DNA from: an uncultured euryarchaeote | GTDB taxonomy: Archaea > Thermoplasmatota > Poseidoniia > Poseidoniales > Poseidoniaceae | Reading direction: 5' to 3' | NCBI GenBank assembly: GCA_937899865.1 | Contig: CALBRH010000062.1 | Location: forward strand, 1-43,026 | Length of the DNA stretch: 43,026 nucleotides | Shown here: positions 1 through 8,953 of the stretch, one piece after another | Layout: every line of letters begins with the position of its first letter | Position numbering within the stretch: position 1 is the first letter of the stretch | Translations under genes and position numbers: made by a program | Notes under the pieces: generated by a model | Told to the model about the DNA's origin: nothing | Seen by the model: the letters and a program-made list of their open reading frames with translations, nothing else | Database searches by the model: none

Positions 1-197
1 GCTTCAACATAATACAGTCTACCATTTGTATCTTCATCACAAGTTGGTAGATCTGCAGCAGTTGCAGCAAAATGTACGTTCCAATCATCTAATTTCTCAT
101 CCGGAGTATCAGAGGAATCATCTCCTCCTCCGAAGCACCCAGCCATGGGCATTGTAATCATCAGCAGGCAAAATAGTAGAGCAATGGGTCTCTTCAT
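1..197 (-). CDS. Putative lipoprotein, 5' part only (runs off the window edge)
   Basis: Not in the ORF track. Manual translation from ATG at 197: MKRPIALLFCLLMITMPMAGCFGGGDDSSDTPDEKLDDWNVHFAATAADLPTCDEDTNGRLYYVE. Basic N-terminus, hydrophobic stretch, lipobox-like MAGC, open to the edge. Confidence 0.75.
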   Translation of the reverse strand, partial: MKRPIALLFCLLMITMPMAGCFGGGDDSSDTPDEKLDDWNVHFAATAADLPTCDEDTNGRLYYVE

Positions 198-264
198 AGT
201 GGCAAGAAAAATTATGATAGCCAATTAACATTTAGGACATATAGAATACAGGTGAATAAAATCA

Positions 265-351
265 TGGTGCGGGGAGCAGGATTCGAACCTGCGAACCGAT
301 AAGGAATGGGACCTAAACCCACCGCCGTTGACCAAGCTGGGCGATCCCCGC
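265..351 (-). tRNA. tRNA-Leu (anticodon UAG), CCA encoded, no intron
   Basis: Reverse complement folds as acceptor GCGGGGA/UCCCCGC-ACCA, anticodon stem GUGGG/CCCAU with loop UUUAGGU, long variable arm, T arm GCAGG-UUCGAAU-CCUGC; 87 nt. Confidence 0.97.
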
Positions 352-380
352 GCAAAGGGAATGGCGTCATCTCTATCATT

Positions 381-389
381 TCAAATAAA
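381..389 (-). promoter_or_regulatory. TATA-like box for tRNA-Leu
   Basis: Minus strand reads TTTATTTGA about 30 nt upstream of the tRNA 5' end (351). Confidence 0.4.
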
Positions 390-392
390 CGC

Positions 393-605
393 TTACTCAG
401 ATGCTACGAAACCAGCGTTATTGACTATGATAATTAAATGCTCAGCGGTCAATTTTTCTGTTGTTGTAATGACTCCAGAATTAGATTCAAAAGATACATT
501 GGCATTAACAACTTCTGGATTTTGCTCAAGAACCCTTTTCACTCTACTCGAACAACCACCGCAAGTCATGCCTTGGATTGATAATTTGTGAACTCTTTCA
601 CTCAT
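393..605 (-). CDS. copZ: Heavy-metal-associated (HMA) copper chaperone, CopZ-like
   Basis: 70 aa with GMTCGGC metal-binding motif; directly downstream of copA. Confidence 0.88.
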   Translation of the reverse strand: MSERVHKLSIQGMTCGGCSSRVKRVLEQNPEVVNANVSFESNSGVITTTEKLTAEHLIIIVNNAGFVASE

Positions 606-651
606 GATAAACTGTCATTATAGTGACATTTATCTCTTTGTATGTCAAATT

Positions 652-2922
652 TCAAATTTTAACCGGATTCCACCATCGTAAGATTAGGGAGTTAGTAACT
701 ACACTTACTGAAGAGAGTGCCATCGCAGCAGCAGCGAATGCTGGGGGCAACAAGAAACCAGTCACAGGCAACATGATTCCCAAAGCCAATGGAATTCCAA
801 GAGTATTGTAAGAGAAAGCCCAAGCAAGATTGGTTCTAATTCTACGCATGGTGGCCTTACCAAGTTCAACAGATGAAACAGCATCGATCAAATCGTTACG
901 AATAAGCACAAAGTCTGCAGCATCAAGAGCAATGTCAGAACCTGCACCCATCGCGATTCCAACATCAGCAACACTTAGAGCTGCAGCATCATTGATTCCA
1001 TCGCCAACCATAATTACCTTCTTGCCATCATTCTGTAGAGATTTAATTTCCCCAACCTTTTCATCTGGTTTAACATTAGCAATTACCGTTGTTATGCCAA
1101 CTTTTTCAGCGACTGTGGCCGCAGATTGTTGATTATCTCCAGTCAACATTACCACTTCTATACCCATTTGCTTAGCACGCTTAACGGCCAAGGAAGAAGT
1201 ATCTCTTACTAAATCGCTGAATTCGATCCAACCAAGAAGACGGGACCCAATACAAACAAATACCATTGAGGAACCTTTACTGGTCGCTTTTTCTATGCTC
1301 TGATTTAATTCTGTATTGAATTCAACACCACATTCAGCCATCAATTCTTGATTACCTGCTGCTGCTATTTGGCCATCAAACTCTCCAACCATGCCCATGC
1401 CAGGCATAGTTCGAATATCGCTAATTGACACTTTTTCTTTGGTGACATTTGACCATGAAGTAATAATTGCTGCAGATAATGGATGATTAGATTCTTGTTC
1501 AAGAGCAGCAGCTATGGAAAGGATTTCTTTAACTTCACAATCAAGAATTTCGATATGACTGACCTTTGGTCTGCCCAACGTAACAGTACCGGTTTTGTCA
1601 ACAACCATCACATCACATTTGTGAACCGACTCTAGAGCATCGATTCCTTTGATTAGTAGACCATGCTTTGCGCCAACACTAGTACCAACAACCAGAGCAA
1701 TTGGCGTCGCCAATCCTAATGCACATGGGCAAGCAATTACAAGGGTAGAAATGATGACCATCAATGCTAACTCAAATCCTGAATTCATTGGATTATCTAC
1801 CCAAGTGTGGCCGATAGTTGACCAAAATAAGCCTCCAATAATTGCCAGTAGTACGACGACTGGAACGAATATTGCTGATATTTTGTCGACCAATTTCTGA
1901 ATTGGTGCTTTTCCGGCTTGAGCATCTTCAACCAATCGAATAATATTAGAAATCAATGAATCATCAGCAAGTTTGGTTGTTCGAACGAATATTGTTCCAT
2001 CAAGTACAATAGTGCCCGCATAGACTTCCTCTCCACTTTTCTTCCTAATTGGATAGGCTTCACCAGTCATGGTAGATTCATCGATACTTGCTTTACAATC
2101 CTCCAATATTCCATCTATTGGTATTGTTTCACCGGTTAGTACTTTGATCAAACTTTGCGACTTCACAACTGTGGTTGAAACCATTTCAGTATAGTCATCT
2201 TCGGCGACAATTCTGGCTTGATTTGGCTGCAAACTCATCAGTGAATGAATTGCATCAGTTGCCTTCAATTTAGCAGCCGCTTCAAGATAATTGCCAAGCA
2301 ATACAAAACCGATTATGAACACAACACCATCAAAAAAGACATGTTCTGCATTAGTGAAGATTTCTGGCATCTGCGAAAAATTCCCAGCCAAAACCACTGC
2401 TAAGGACCAAAAAAATGCTACACTAGTCCCTAAGTGAATAAGTACATCCATGTTTGCAGTACCACGCCGAATTGATTTCCAAGCGTTGGTATGGAAAGAC
2501 ATACCAGACCAAAAATAAACAGGTAAAGTCATGATTAAGGCATAGAAAAGCCGAGCATCAAAGCCCGCAAATTCTCCCATGTCATTAGCAAACATAGTTA
2601 GGTAAATTGTTGGCAAGGCAAGCAATAATGCAAGCCCAGCCTTACGGCCTTCATCAGTGACCTGTTGAGCCATACGTTCTCTGAGAGGTTCAGATTCACT
2701 TTGTCGTGTTGCTGAAAAACCGCCTTGATTTACCACCTCAATAATTCCATCAACTATTTCCTCAGTTGGTGATTTGTTAAGTTGAATACTAGCAGAGTTT
2801 AGCGCCAAGTTCACTGCGACAGCCTTGACGCTGTCAACGCTTCCAACGATTTTCTCTACCGAAGCAACGCAGGCAGCACAACTCATGCCGCCAACATCAA
2901 GTCTTAACAAATCGCCAGTCAT
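652..2922 (-). CDS. copA: Cu(I)-translocating P1B-type ATPase (ORF track start 2937; ATG 2922 preferred)
   Basis: N-terminal GMSCAAC, TGE, CPCALGLATP, DKTGT, HP, GDGIND, YN and MALSS motifs; GGTG SD-like sequence upstream of ATG 2922. Confidence 0.96.
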   Translation of the reverse strand: MTGDLLRLDVGGMSCAACVASVEKIVGSVDSVKAVAVNLALNSASIQLNKSPTEEIVDGIIEVVNQGGFSATRQSESEPLRERMAQQVTDEGRKAGLALLLALPTIYLTMFANDMGEFAGFDARLFYALIMTLPVYFWSGMSFHTNAWKSIRRGTANMDVLIHLGTSVAFFWSLAVVLAGNFSQMPEIFTNAEHVFFDGVVFIIGFVLLGNYLEAAAKLKATDAIHSLMSLQPNQARIVAEDDYTEMVSTTVVKSQSLIKVLTGETIPIDGILEDCKASIDESTMTGEAYPIRKKSGEEVYAGTIVLDGTIFVRTTKLADDSLISNIIRLVEDAQAGKAPIQKLVDKISAIFVPVVVLLAIIGGLFWSTIGHTWVDNPMNSGFELALMVIISTLVIACPCALGLATPIALVVGTSVGAKHGLLIKGIDALESVHKCDVMVVDKTGTVTLGRPKVSHIEILDCEVKEILSIAAALEQESNHPLSAAIITSWSNVTKEKVSISDIRTMPGMGMVGEFDGQIAAAGNQELMAECGVEFNTELNQSIEKATSKGSSMVFVCIGSRLLGWIEFSDLVRDTSSLAVKRAKQMGIEVVMLTGDNQQSAATVAEKVGITTVIANVKPDEKVGEIKSLQNDGKKVIMVGDGINDAAALSVADVGIAMGAGSDIALDAADFVLIRNDLIDAVSSVELGKATMRRIRTNLAWAFSYNTLGIPLALGIMLPVTGFLLPPAFAAAAMALSSVSVVTNSLILRWWNPVKI

Positions 2923-2973
2923 TTCTACACCGCACATTATTCAAATCAATATAAACCATTTTATTTTACAAAA

Positions 2974-5298
2974 TTACTTCGGAGCAAGGTCCAAAGAACC
3001 ACTCCAAATATCGATACCTCGTAGCCTACAAGGGTATTTTTGACCTAATTTAGCAATCAATCTAAAATCACCATTTTGATCTGGCTCAGCACTTCTAACT
3101 TCAAGTCCATTTTCATCAATATTAAGTCGTTGCTTTGAACCCATTTGGCGAAGATGCATACGTCCTTGTATTGCCCCATCATCGTTCAAGTCCAAAAATA
3201 CCCAAGGAGTTCTAAGGCCAACAATTCTTGCAGGCCACGATTTTTCAATTACTGAAGGATAGATATTTTCTGAGGTAGAATCAATTTCACCACCCCTTAA
3301 CAGATGAATATGATAGGCATTAGCAACCAGTTCCCATTCAATGTATTTTGCAAGCACAGATTGGTTGCTACAATGTTCGGAAATTTTAGTGGTTTCCTCC
3401 TCGTCATGTGGCCAATCTTGTCCTTTAATAATCGCCTTTAATTGACGATGTGCCACCAAATCCGGATATCTTCTAATCGGGCTGGTAAAGTGCACATAAG
3501 CATCTAAATTTAGACCAAAATGGCCTAGATTTTCCGTGGAATAATTCGCCCGTTGCATCAATTGGAACAAACCTTGGTCAACGATTCGCCTTGTAGTATC
3601 ATCAAGACTTGAGGCTTTATTTTGTGCAACCATCAATGAATCAAGAATATCTTGTCGGGCATCAGGGTCCAGCACATTGGATAAGTATGGTGCGACATCT
3701 GATGATTTAGCAGGGCTTTCAACCTGTTTTGGTAAAGCCTCAATTGTAGTATTTGCCCATGCTCCTAAGAGGTTTGATAGCTCCTCAGAATCAGATTGGC
3801 CATGAGTTTTTAGTGATGGCATTGGCAACTCAATATCAACTTTCAAAGCTGCTAATTTTGCATTCAATTCTTTGACTTCAGTAGAGTCGGGTGGTGCGTG
3901 ACATCGCCAAGGTAGTGGAGCGCCAGCCTTGCCAAGCATATGTCCAACACATGCATTGGTTGCAACCATGAAGGACTCGATCATTCTTGTAGCATCGGTT
4001 GGCCATTTCACCAAGACTTTGATCTGTTCATCTGGTAATATTCTAGGTCGCATTTCAGCATTAGAAATGTTCAATCTAACTTCTCTTGCTTGCCATTTTT
4101 CTGCTAGCGCGAACATATTAGCGAATTTATCATTGCCAATAGCGTCTTCATATGCTAGATTTTGAGTAACTCTAATTACTGCTTCATAGGCTTTTGAATC
4201 TACAATTTCTCCATCTTTATTCAATTCCATGGCTACTACCATCGCTAACCGATCTACATCTTCCCTAAGCGAACATAAATTATCAGCCAAACGAGGTGGT
4301 AACATTGGAAGCACAGTATGTGGCAAGTAAACCGAAGTTGCTCTTGCTCTTGCAGAATTATCTAGACGAGTGTCTTTCTGAACATAATGAGCAACATCAG
4401 CGATTGCTACCCAAAGGGTTGAAACACCATCTTTTTCTATCAAACAAACAGCATCATCAAAGTCCTTTGCATCATTTGGGTCGATAGTAACAAAGGGCAG
4501 ATGACGCAAATCTTCTCTTCCATCTTTGACTGCTGAATCACCATCTACTTCAGATTGCAAATTGCTGTGCTCGACTAATTGTTCATCATAATATCTCGGG
4601 AAAGGGTTACGGCCATCTCGCTTTCTTGCAGCTAATCTTAAATCAAGTAATTCAGCAATGGTAATTTTTTGGTTTTGTAAAAGTAACAAAGTAATGCTTG
4701 GCATTGAATCTTGAAATCTAAAACCACATCTTGCGTCGGCAAATTTACTGATTTCTCTTTCCAGATCGAACTTTCCCCATCGTGTTAAACCCTCATCATT
4801 GAGCGATAATTCACTTGGCATTTTCTTGCCATTAATCATTGCAAGCCATGCATTTTCTACAATTAAATATCGAGATTTATCAGCATCATTTTCTAATATT
4901 GGTGGGCCTTGAAACAATTCTTTTGATTTACTTTGGCGCTGAAAAAATGCTTGCCAAAGGTCTATTGAGGCTTTAATTTCATCAATTTCTTGTTTTGTCC
5001 GAAGAGTTACTGACCTTTTTTTATCGGTTGAAAAAAATTGATTTTGCTTTCTTATTTCTGCTAACGATTGGTCAAGTTTGGCGCGAAACACGCGTTCAGA
5101 TTTTGGCTCTTTAGCGAATCTTTGACTTAGATTCTCTGCTCTAATAACTAGTTCAGCAATCGACTGGGCATCCCAAGATTTCTCCCATAACTCTTGATTA
5201 TCACCAATAGCCACAGACATTCGCTTCCACAAACGCTCCCCTTCACTTAGTTGTGGCCCCTTAGGTTGTTTGTTGCGACGATTGTGTTTCTTTGACAT
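2974..5298 (-). CDS. rnr: RNB-domain 3'-5' exoribonuclease (RNase II/R family) with C-terminal S1-like domain
   Basis: TIDPNDAKDFDDA catalytic motif, VAIADV, GHFGL, HFTSPIRRYPDL. ATG 5298 lies 4 nt after the dnaJ stop; the TTG at 5331 would overlap dnaJ. Confidence 0.88.
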   Translation of the reverse strand: MSKKHNRRNKQPKGPQLSEGERLWKRMSVAIGDNQELWEKSWDAQSIAELVIRAENLSQRFAKEPKSERVFRAKLDQSLAEIRKQNQFFSTDKKRSVTLRTKQEIDEIKASIDLWQAFFQRQSKSKELFQGPPILENDADKSRYLIVENAWLAMINGKKMPSELSLNDEGLTRWGKFDLEREISKFADARCGFRFQDSMPSITLLLLQNQKITIAELLDLRLAARKRDGRNPFPRYYDEQLVEHSNLQSEVDGDSAVKDGREDLRHLPFVTIDPNDAKDFDDAVCLIEKDGVSTLWVAIADVAHYVQKDTRLDNSARARATSVYLPHTVLPMLPPRLADNLCSLREDVDRLAMVVAMELNKDGEIVDSKAYEAVIRVTQNLAYEDAIGNDKFANMFALAEKWQAREVRLNISNAEMRPRILPDEQIKVLVKWPTDATRMIESFMVATNACVGHMLGKAGAPLPWRCHAPPDSTEVKELNAKLAALKVDIELPMPSLKTHGQSDSEELSNLLGAWANTTIEALPKQVESPAKSSDVAPYLSNVLDPDARQDILDSLMVAQNKASSLDDTTRRIVDQGLFQLMQRANYSTENLGHFGLNLDAYVHFTSPIRRYPDLVAHRQLKAIIKGQDWPHDEEETTKISEHCSNQSVLAKYIEWELVANAYHIHLLRGGEIDSTSENIYPSVIEKSWPARIVGLRTPWVFLDLNDDGAIQGRMHLRQMGSKQRLNIDENGLEVRSAEPDQNGDFRLIAKLGQKYPCRLRGIDIWSGSLDLAPK

Positions 5299-5302
5299 AA
5301 TC

Positions 5303-6232
5303 TCACAATCCAGTTTCTCGCAATTTTTCAAGAGCTTTTTTCTGTTTTACAGACAAATCTTCACTCTCAAGCAAAATGAATTCTAAGTCTAGGTCTCCAC
5401 CTTGAATGCCTGCTCCACTCATCCTTCGACGATCTCCAACTCGGGTATTTGGTGAGACAGTCAACAATCCTTGTTTACCAGATGGCAGTTTCACTTCGAC
5501 TTTACCTCCAAGCATCAATGTGCTGTAAGCGGTTTGGACTTCTTGAATTAGATTGTCACCATCCCAGTAGCGGCCTTCGCCAGCATCGATTCGAATAGTC
5601 AATAATACATCACCAGCATCACCTTCAGGATGGTCGTGACCCTGCCCTTTCATGCGTTTGATAGTACCGTGTTTAACTCCAGGCTCAAGTTTAGTTTTCA
5701 TGGTTACAGTTTTTGGCTCCATTGTTCCCATTGAATTTGGTTTTAGGCGTTTGAAAGTGAATGAGAAAGTCCCACCTTGCTCGGCTTCAGCAACCGTGAT
5801 ATCGATACTTACTTTGATGTCACTACCTTTAGGCCTAGAGGCTCGCTGAGAAGTTGTTCGATGTCCACTTCTGGCACCAAATGGATTGCCACCCATGCCT
5901 CCTCTCATGCCACCAGAAAACATCTGGCCGAGTACATCTTCAAAGCCGCCACCCATATTACCAAAATTGACACCACCTCTACCGCCACCGAACATATTAG
6001 CCATCTGCTGTTGTTGGTCATATTCACGCCTTGATTCAGCTGTGCCGATTTTATCATGAGCTGCTTGAACCTGTTTGAATTTAGCCTCTGCACCCGCATC
6101 ATCTGGATTCCTATCTGGATGAAATTGCCTTGCCTTTTTGCGAAACGCTCGTTTGATTTCGGCGTCACTAGCATCTTTGCCAACGCCAAGTACTCGGTAA
6201 GGGTCCGCCTCCGCCATTGGTTGGGCTTCCAC
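5303..6232 (-). CDS. dnaJ: J-domain chaperone, class II / CbpA-like (no zinc finger); alternative start ATG 6217
   Basis: DPYRVLGV...HPD J domain, G/F-rich linker, DnaJ C-terminal domain; no CxxCxGxG repeats. Confidence 0.9.
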   Translation of the reverse strand: MEAQPMAEADPYRVLGVGKDASDAEIKRAFRKKARQFHPDRNPDDAGAEAKFKQVQAAHDKIGTAESRREYDQQQQMANMFGGGRGGVNFGNMGGGFEDVLGQMFSGGMRGGMGGNPFGARSGHRTTSQRASRPKGSDIKVSIDITVAEAEQGGTFSFTFKRLKPNSMGTMEPKTVTMKTKLEPGVKHGTIKRMKGQGHDHPEGDAGDVLLTIRIDAGEGRYWDGDNLIQEVQTAYSTLMLGGKVEVKLPSGKQGLLTVSPNTRVGDRRRMSGAGIQGGDLDLEFILLESEDLSVKQKKALEKLRETGL

Positions 6233-6305
6233 ACCTCTACCTCATCAATATTAGCAGGGGTTAATTTGCTAATTATGGGGGAAATTAGTTTTATTTGTGA
6301 GCCGA

Positions 6306-6316
6306 CGCGATTATAT
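6306..6316 (+). promoter_or_regulatory. Putative BRE/TATA element upstream of secE
   Basis: CGCGATTATAT ending 39 nt before the secE ATG; the same 11-mer occurs at 8891-8901 before rpl11. Confidence 0.45.
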
Positions 6317-6354
6317 TTGATAGGCAATTGGCGTGACAAGCCAGAGGTTGTACC

Positions 6355-6627
6355 ATGTCCAACGAAACTGAGAAAAAGCGTTCCTTCGAGGATAGAGTTC
6401 AGGACCGTCAAGACTGGATTGAGTCCCAATTTAGACGAATTTCACGCGGTTCTTGGGCTAGAATTATTCGAATGGCTCGTAAGCCTTCGCCACAAGAATT
6501 CAAGCAAACCAGTATAGTTTGTGGAATCGGCTTATTCGTCTTAGGTGCGATTGGTTTCGGACTACTTGTTCTAATGGACAACTTCTTCCCTTGGTTAATC
6601 CACGACGTAATTGGAATTGGAAACTAA
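6355..6627 (+). CDS. secE: Protein translocase subunit SecE / Sec61-gamma
   Basis: RIIRMARKPSPQEF followed by a single TM helix (GIGLFVLGAIGFGLLVL); canonical position upstream of spt5. Confidence 0.93.
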   Translation: MSNETEKKRSFEDRVQDRQDWIESQFRRISRGSWARIIRMARKPSPQEFKQTSIVCGIGLFVLGAIGFGLLVLMDNFFPWLIHDVIGIGN

Positions 6628-6645
6628 GTTTGATGGGTGAGATAT

Positions 6646-7560
6646 ATGGTAGAAGCATTCGTTGCGTTTGTAAGGTTTGAAGAAAAATTGCTATTGTTGC
6701 GTAGAAACAAATCCGATGATGATTTCCCTGCTCTATGGGATGGTGTATGGGGTATTGCTGATACCCAAGAAGAAGTTCTAGCAAGAGTTGCTGAGGCAAC
6801 CAGCATCCCTGTAGAGAATCTACATTTCCATTCCACTGGTCCAGAACGCGGTATAGATATGGGTCGTTCTTTGGTCGATGTAATGCCGATCTTGGTAGTT
6901 TCATCTTCTGATGAAGTAACTCCAACTGGCAGATACAGCGAGCATGAGTGGGTAGACCCTGGTGCAATACAGAATTACAACTGTATCTTTTCCAATATCG
7001 ATATGGATAATGCTGATTCACTGTTTAGAGAAATGTATGGTTCAGTTGGCTCCTTCTTGTACATCGTAAAAACTGCAATTGGCTCAGAGCAAAGAGTCGC
7101 AGATGAGATGCATGCAAGACTACACGGTAGCGGTTCTCTAACAGCACTTCAAGGTGATATAATGTCCATTTTACATCCAACAGGGATGCGTGGCTATGTA
7201 TTTGTTGAATCAAGTGCTATATATCACGTTGAAAAGTTGATTGGGCGCTCTGGTGGTAGAGATCCAACCTCTCGCAGAGGTATTAATCAAACTCCATTGA
7301 AGAATGCTAAGACCGTATTGCCAGGTGAAGCACCTTTAGCTGACATCTTGCCATACCTTGAACCAAAGGCTGTAACTTCTGGTATTGAAGTAGGATGTAT
7401 TGTTGAAATTATCACAGGCGCTTTCAAGGGTGAAAAAGCACGTATTTTGAATGTTTCAGACTCTAAGGAAGAAGTTAGTATGGAATTGTATGACCAACCA
7501 ATACCAATGACTGTTAACATGCGTGGAGACCACGTCAGAGTCATTGAAAGAGTTGAATAA
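6646..7560 (+). CDS. spt5: Transcription elongation factor Spt5/NusG with an N-terminal degenerate Nudix-fold domain
   Basis: NGN domain from ~7054 (YIVKTAIGSEQRVA...GYVFVE) and KOW (VGCIVEIITGAFKGEKARI); N-terminal ~135 aa reads like a Nudix fold (LLLLRR...FPALWDGVWG). GGGTGA SD before ATG 6646. Confidence 0.9.
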   Translation: MVEAFVAFVRFEEKLLLLRRNKSDDDFPALWDGVWGIADTQEEVLARVAEATSIPVENLHFHSTGPERGIDMGRSLVDVMPILVVSSSDEVTPTGRYSEHEWVDPGAIQNYNCIFSNIDMDNADSLFREMYGSVGSFLYIVKTAIGSEQRVADEMHARLHGSGSLTALQGDIMSILHPTGMRGYVFVESSAIYHVEKLIGRSGGRDPTSRRGINQTPLKNAKTVLPGEAPLADILPYLEPKAVTSGIEVGCIVEIITGAFKGEKARILNVSDSKEEVSMELYDQPIPMTVNMRGDHVRVIERVE

Positions 7561-7640
7561 TCAATTCTTCTAATGAAATCCTAAATTTATAATATGGCGT
7601 AGATGGAAATATTATATTCCGATTTGATTCGGCTAATGTT

Positions 7641-8078
7641 ATGGATATAAAAGAAATCTTGACGCCTAAGAATATGCTAATTACCCTGGGGACTATTGTC
7701 ATAATAATGTCGCTATGGGGCATGACTCATGGAGATGAGTGGGCAGAAATTGGGTGGGGGGAAGATAATGTTCTCGCTCACGATGAGGCATATGAGGAAA
7801 TGTGGGCATTACATCTAATGCCGCTCGGGGTAATGGCAATTGTTACAGCATTGGTTGTAACTGGAAAGGAGCTAGCCAAGGTTGCAATGTTTGCTCCAAT
7901 TGTTATAGTAAATATGTTGGTAGGAATGTTTATTTTGACCAGGGATAATGGTTATGGGGGCACCCCTACGGGAGTTTCTGCAGCATTAGCAGGCCTTATG
8001 ATGCTTGCAACAATACTGACTTGTGTATCGGGTTTCATGCACAAAGACGGAGAAAGTGAAACGGAGGCGGTAGAATGA
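7641..8078 (+). CDS. Small integral membrane protein (about 4 TM), unknown function
   Basis: 145 aa, several hydrophobic segments; stop overlaps the next ATG (ATGA). Confidence 0.75.
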   Translation: MDIKEILTPKNMLITLGTIVIIMSLWGMTHGDEWAEIGWGEDNVLAHDEAYEEMWALHLMPLGVMAIVTALVVTGKELAKVAMFAPIVIVNMLVGMFILTRDNGYGGTPTGVSAALAGLMMLATILTCVSGFMHKDGESETEAVE

Positions 8079-8440
8079 TTGATACAATTCTAAACCCTCA
8101 AGTTTGGTTGGTTTTAGTCGTACTTGGCCATACCCTGCCTGGAGTTATAATACCAACAAATTGGGCAAATGACACAGCAAAAATGGTAGCGGGCTGGATG
8201 CTTTTAACTTCGGTTACCCTGATTTATGCTGCAGTTTGTTTAGACGGTGAGGAACAGGCTCGACTAGCGCTTGTAATAGCTGGACCAGTTTGGATTTGGT
8301 TTGTAGTGTGTATATCTCAAGGGTTCGAGTATACCTTGGGTAAGGAACCTCTGACAATGAATTGGAAACAAAATGCTCCGCCACTAGTACTTTGGGGCAT
8401 GGTTGCATTAACAGGGCTGTTGGAGTCTGGTTGGATTTAA
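8075..8440 (+). CDS. Small integral membrane protein, paralog of 8461..8832
   Basis: Shares ILNPxxWL..GHTL, QARLAxxIAGPVW and PPLVLWG with the next ORF. Confidence 0.8.
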   Translation: MIDTILNPQVWLVLVVLGHTLPGVIIPTNWANDTAKMVAGWMLLTSVTLIYAAVCLDGEEQARLALVIAGPVWIWFVVCISQGFEYTLGKEPLTMNWKQNAPPLVLWGMVALTGLLESGWI

Positions 8441-8460
8441 GAATTAGAAAGGTGATCTAG

Positions 8461-8832
8461 ATGGAACAATTAAAGAAAATACTGAACCCTAAAATTTGGC
8501 TCCTTATTGTTGCTTTTGGACATACTCTGGCCACTATTCTTCCTGTATTGAGCGATAAAGGAATCAACATGGAGGAAATAGAAGTTGAATACGCCGTTTG
8601 GCGAATTGTATCAATGATTCTCCCAATGATATTCATTGCATTCATTTTTACCAAGGAAATTCAGGCAAGATTGGCAACTGCCATTGCTGGACCGGTCTGG
8701 GTTATGTTTGTGGTATGGATATTAATGGAAGGATTTGAAACACTACTCATTCCACCATTGGTTCTGTGGGGTCTTCTCGCATTAAGTGGATTACTGCATG
8801 GCAATTTTCAAAATTTAATGTCTAACGAATAA
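8461..8832 (+). CDS. Small integral membrane protein, paralog of 8075..8440
   Basis: Same three motifs; AGGTGA SD-like sequence upstream of the ATG. Confidence 0.8.
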   Translation: MEQLKKILNPKIWLLIVAFGHTLATILPVLSDKGINMEEIEVEYAVWRIVSMILPMIFIAFIFTKEIQARLATAIAGPVWVMFVVWILMEGFETLLIPPLVLWGLLALSGLLHGNFQNLMSNE

Positions 8833-8890
8833 CCTTGTATTCCATTCAAATGGTTAAGTCTATGATTTTGGCACTGCATAATTGACGCGG

Positions 8891-8901
8891 CGCGATTATA
8901 T
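8891..8901 (+). promoter_or_regulatory. Putative BRE/TATA element upstream of rpl11
   Basis: CGCGATTATAT, identical to 6306-6316, ending 53 nt before ATG 8954. Confidence 0.45.
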
Positions 8902-8953
8902 AGGGGAGTTTTCTCGGCAAGATGCCCACGTCTGTGAGCATGGAGTTGAAATA

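Noticed and set aside
5905-7021. ORFs 5905..6429(-), 6056..6517(+), 6500..7021(-)
   Set aside because: Alternative-frame overlaps of dnaJ, secE and spt5 with atypical composition.
8882-8953. N-terminal extension of rpl11 as a replacement NTD
   Set aside because: The 24 aa show no L11 similarity, overlap the TATA-like element, and an SD precedes ATG 8954.
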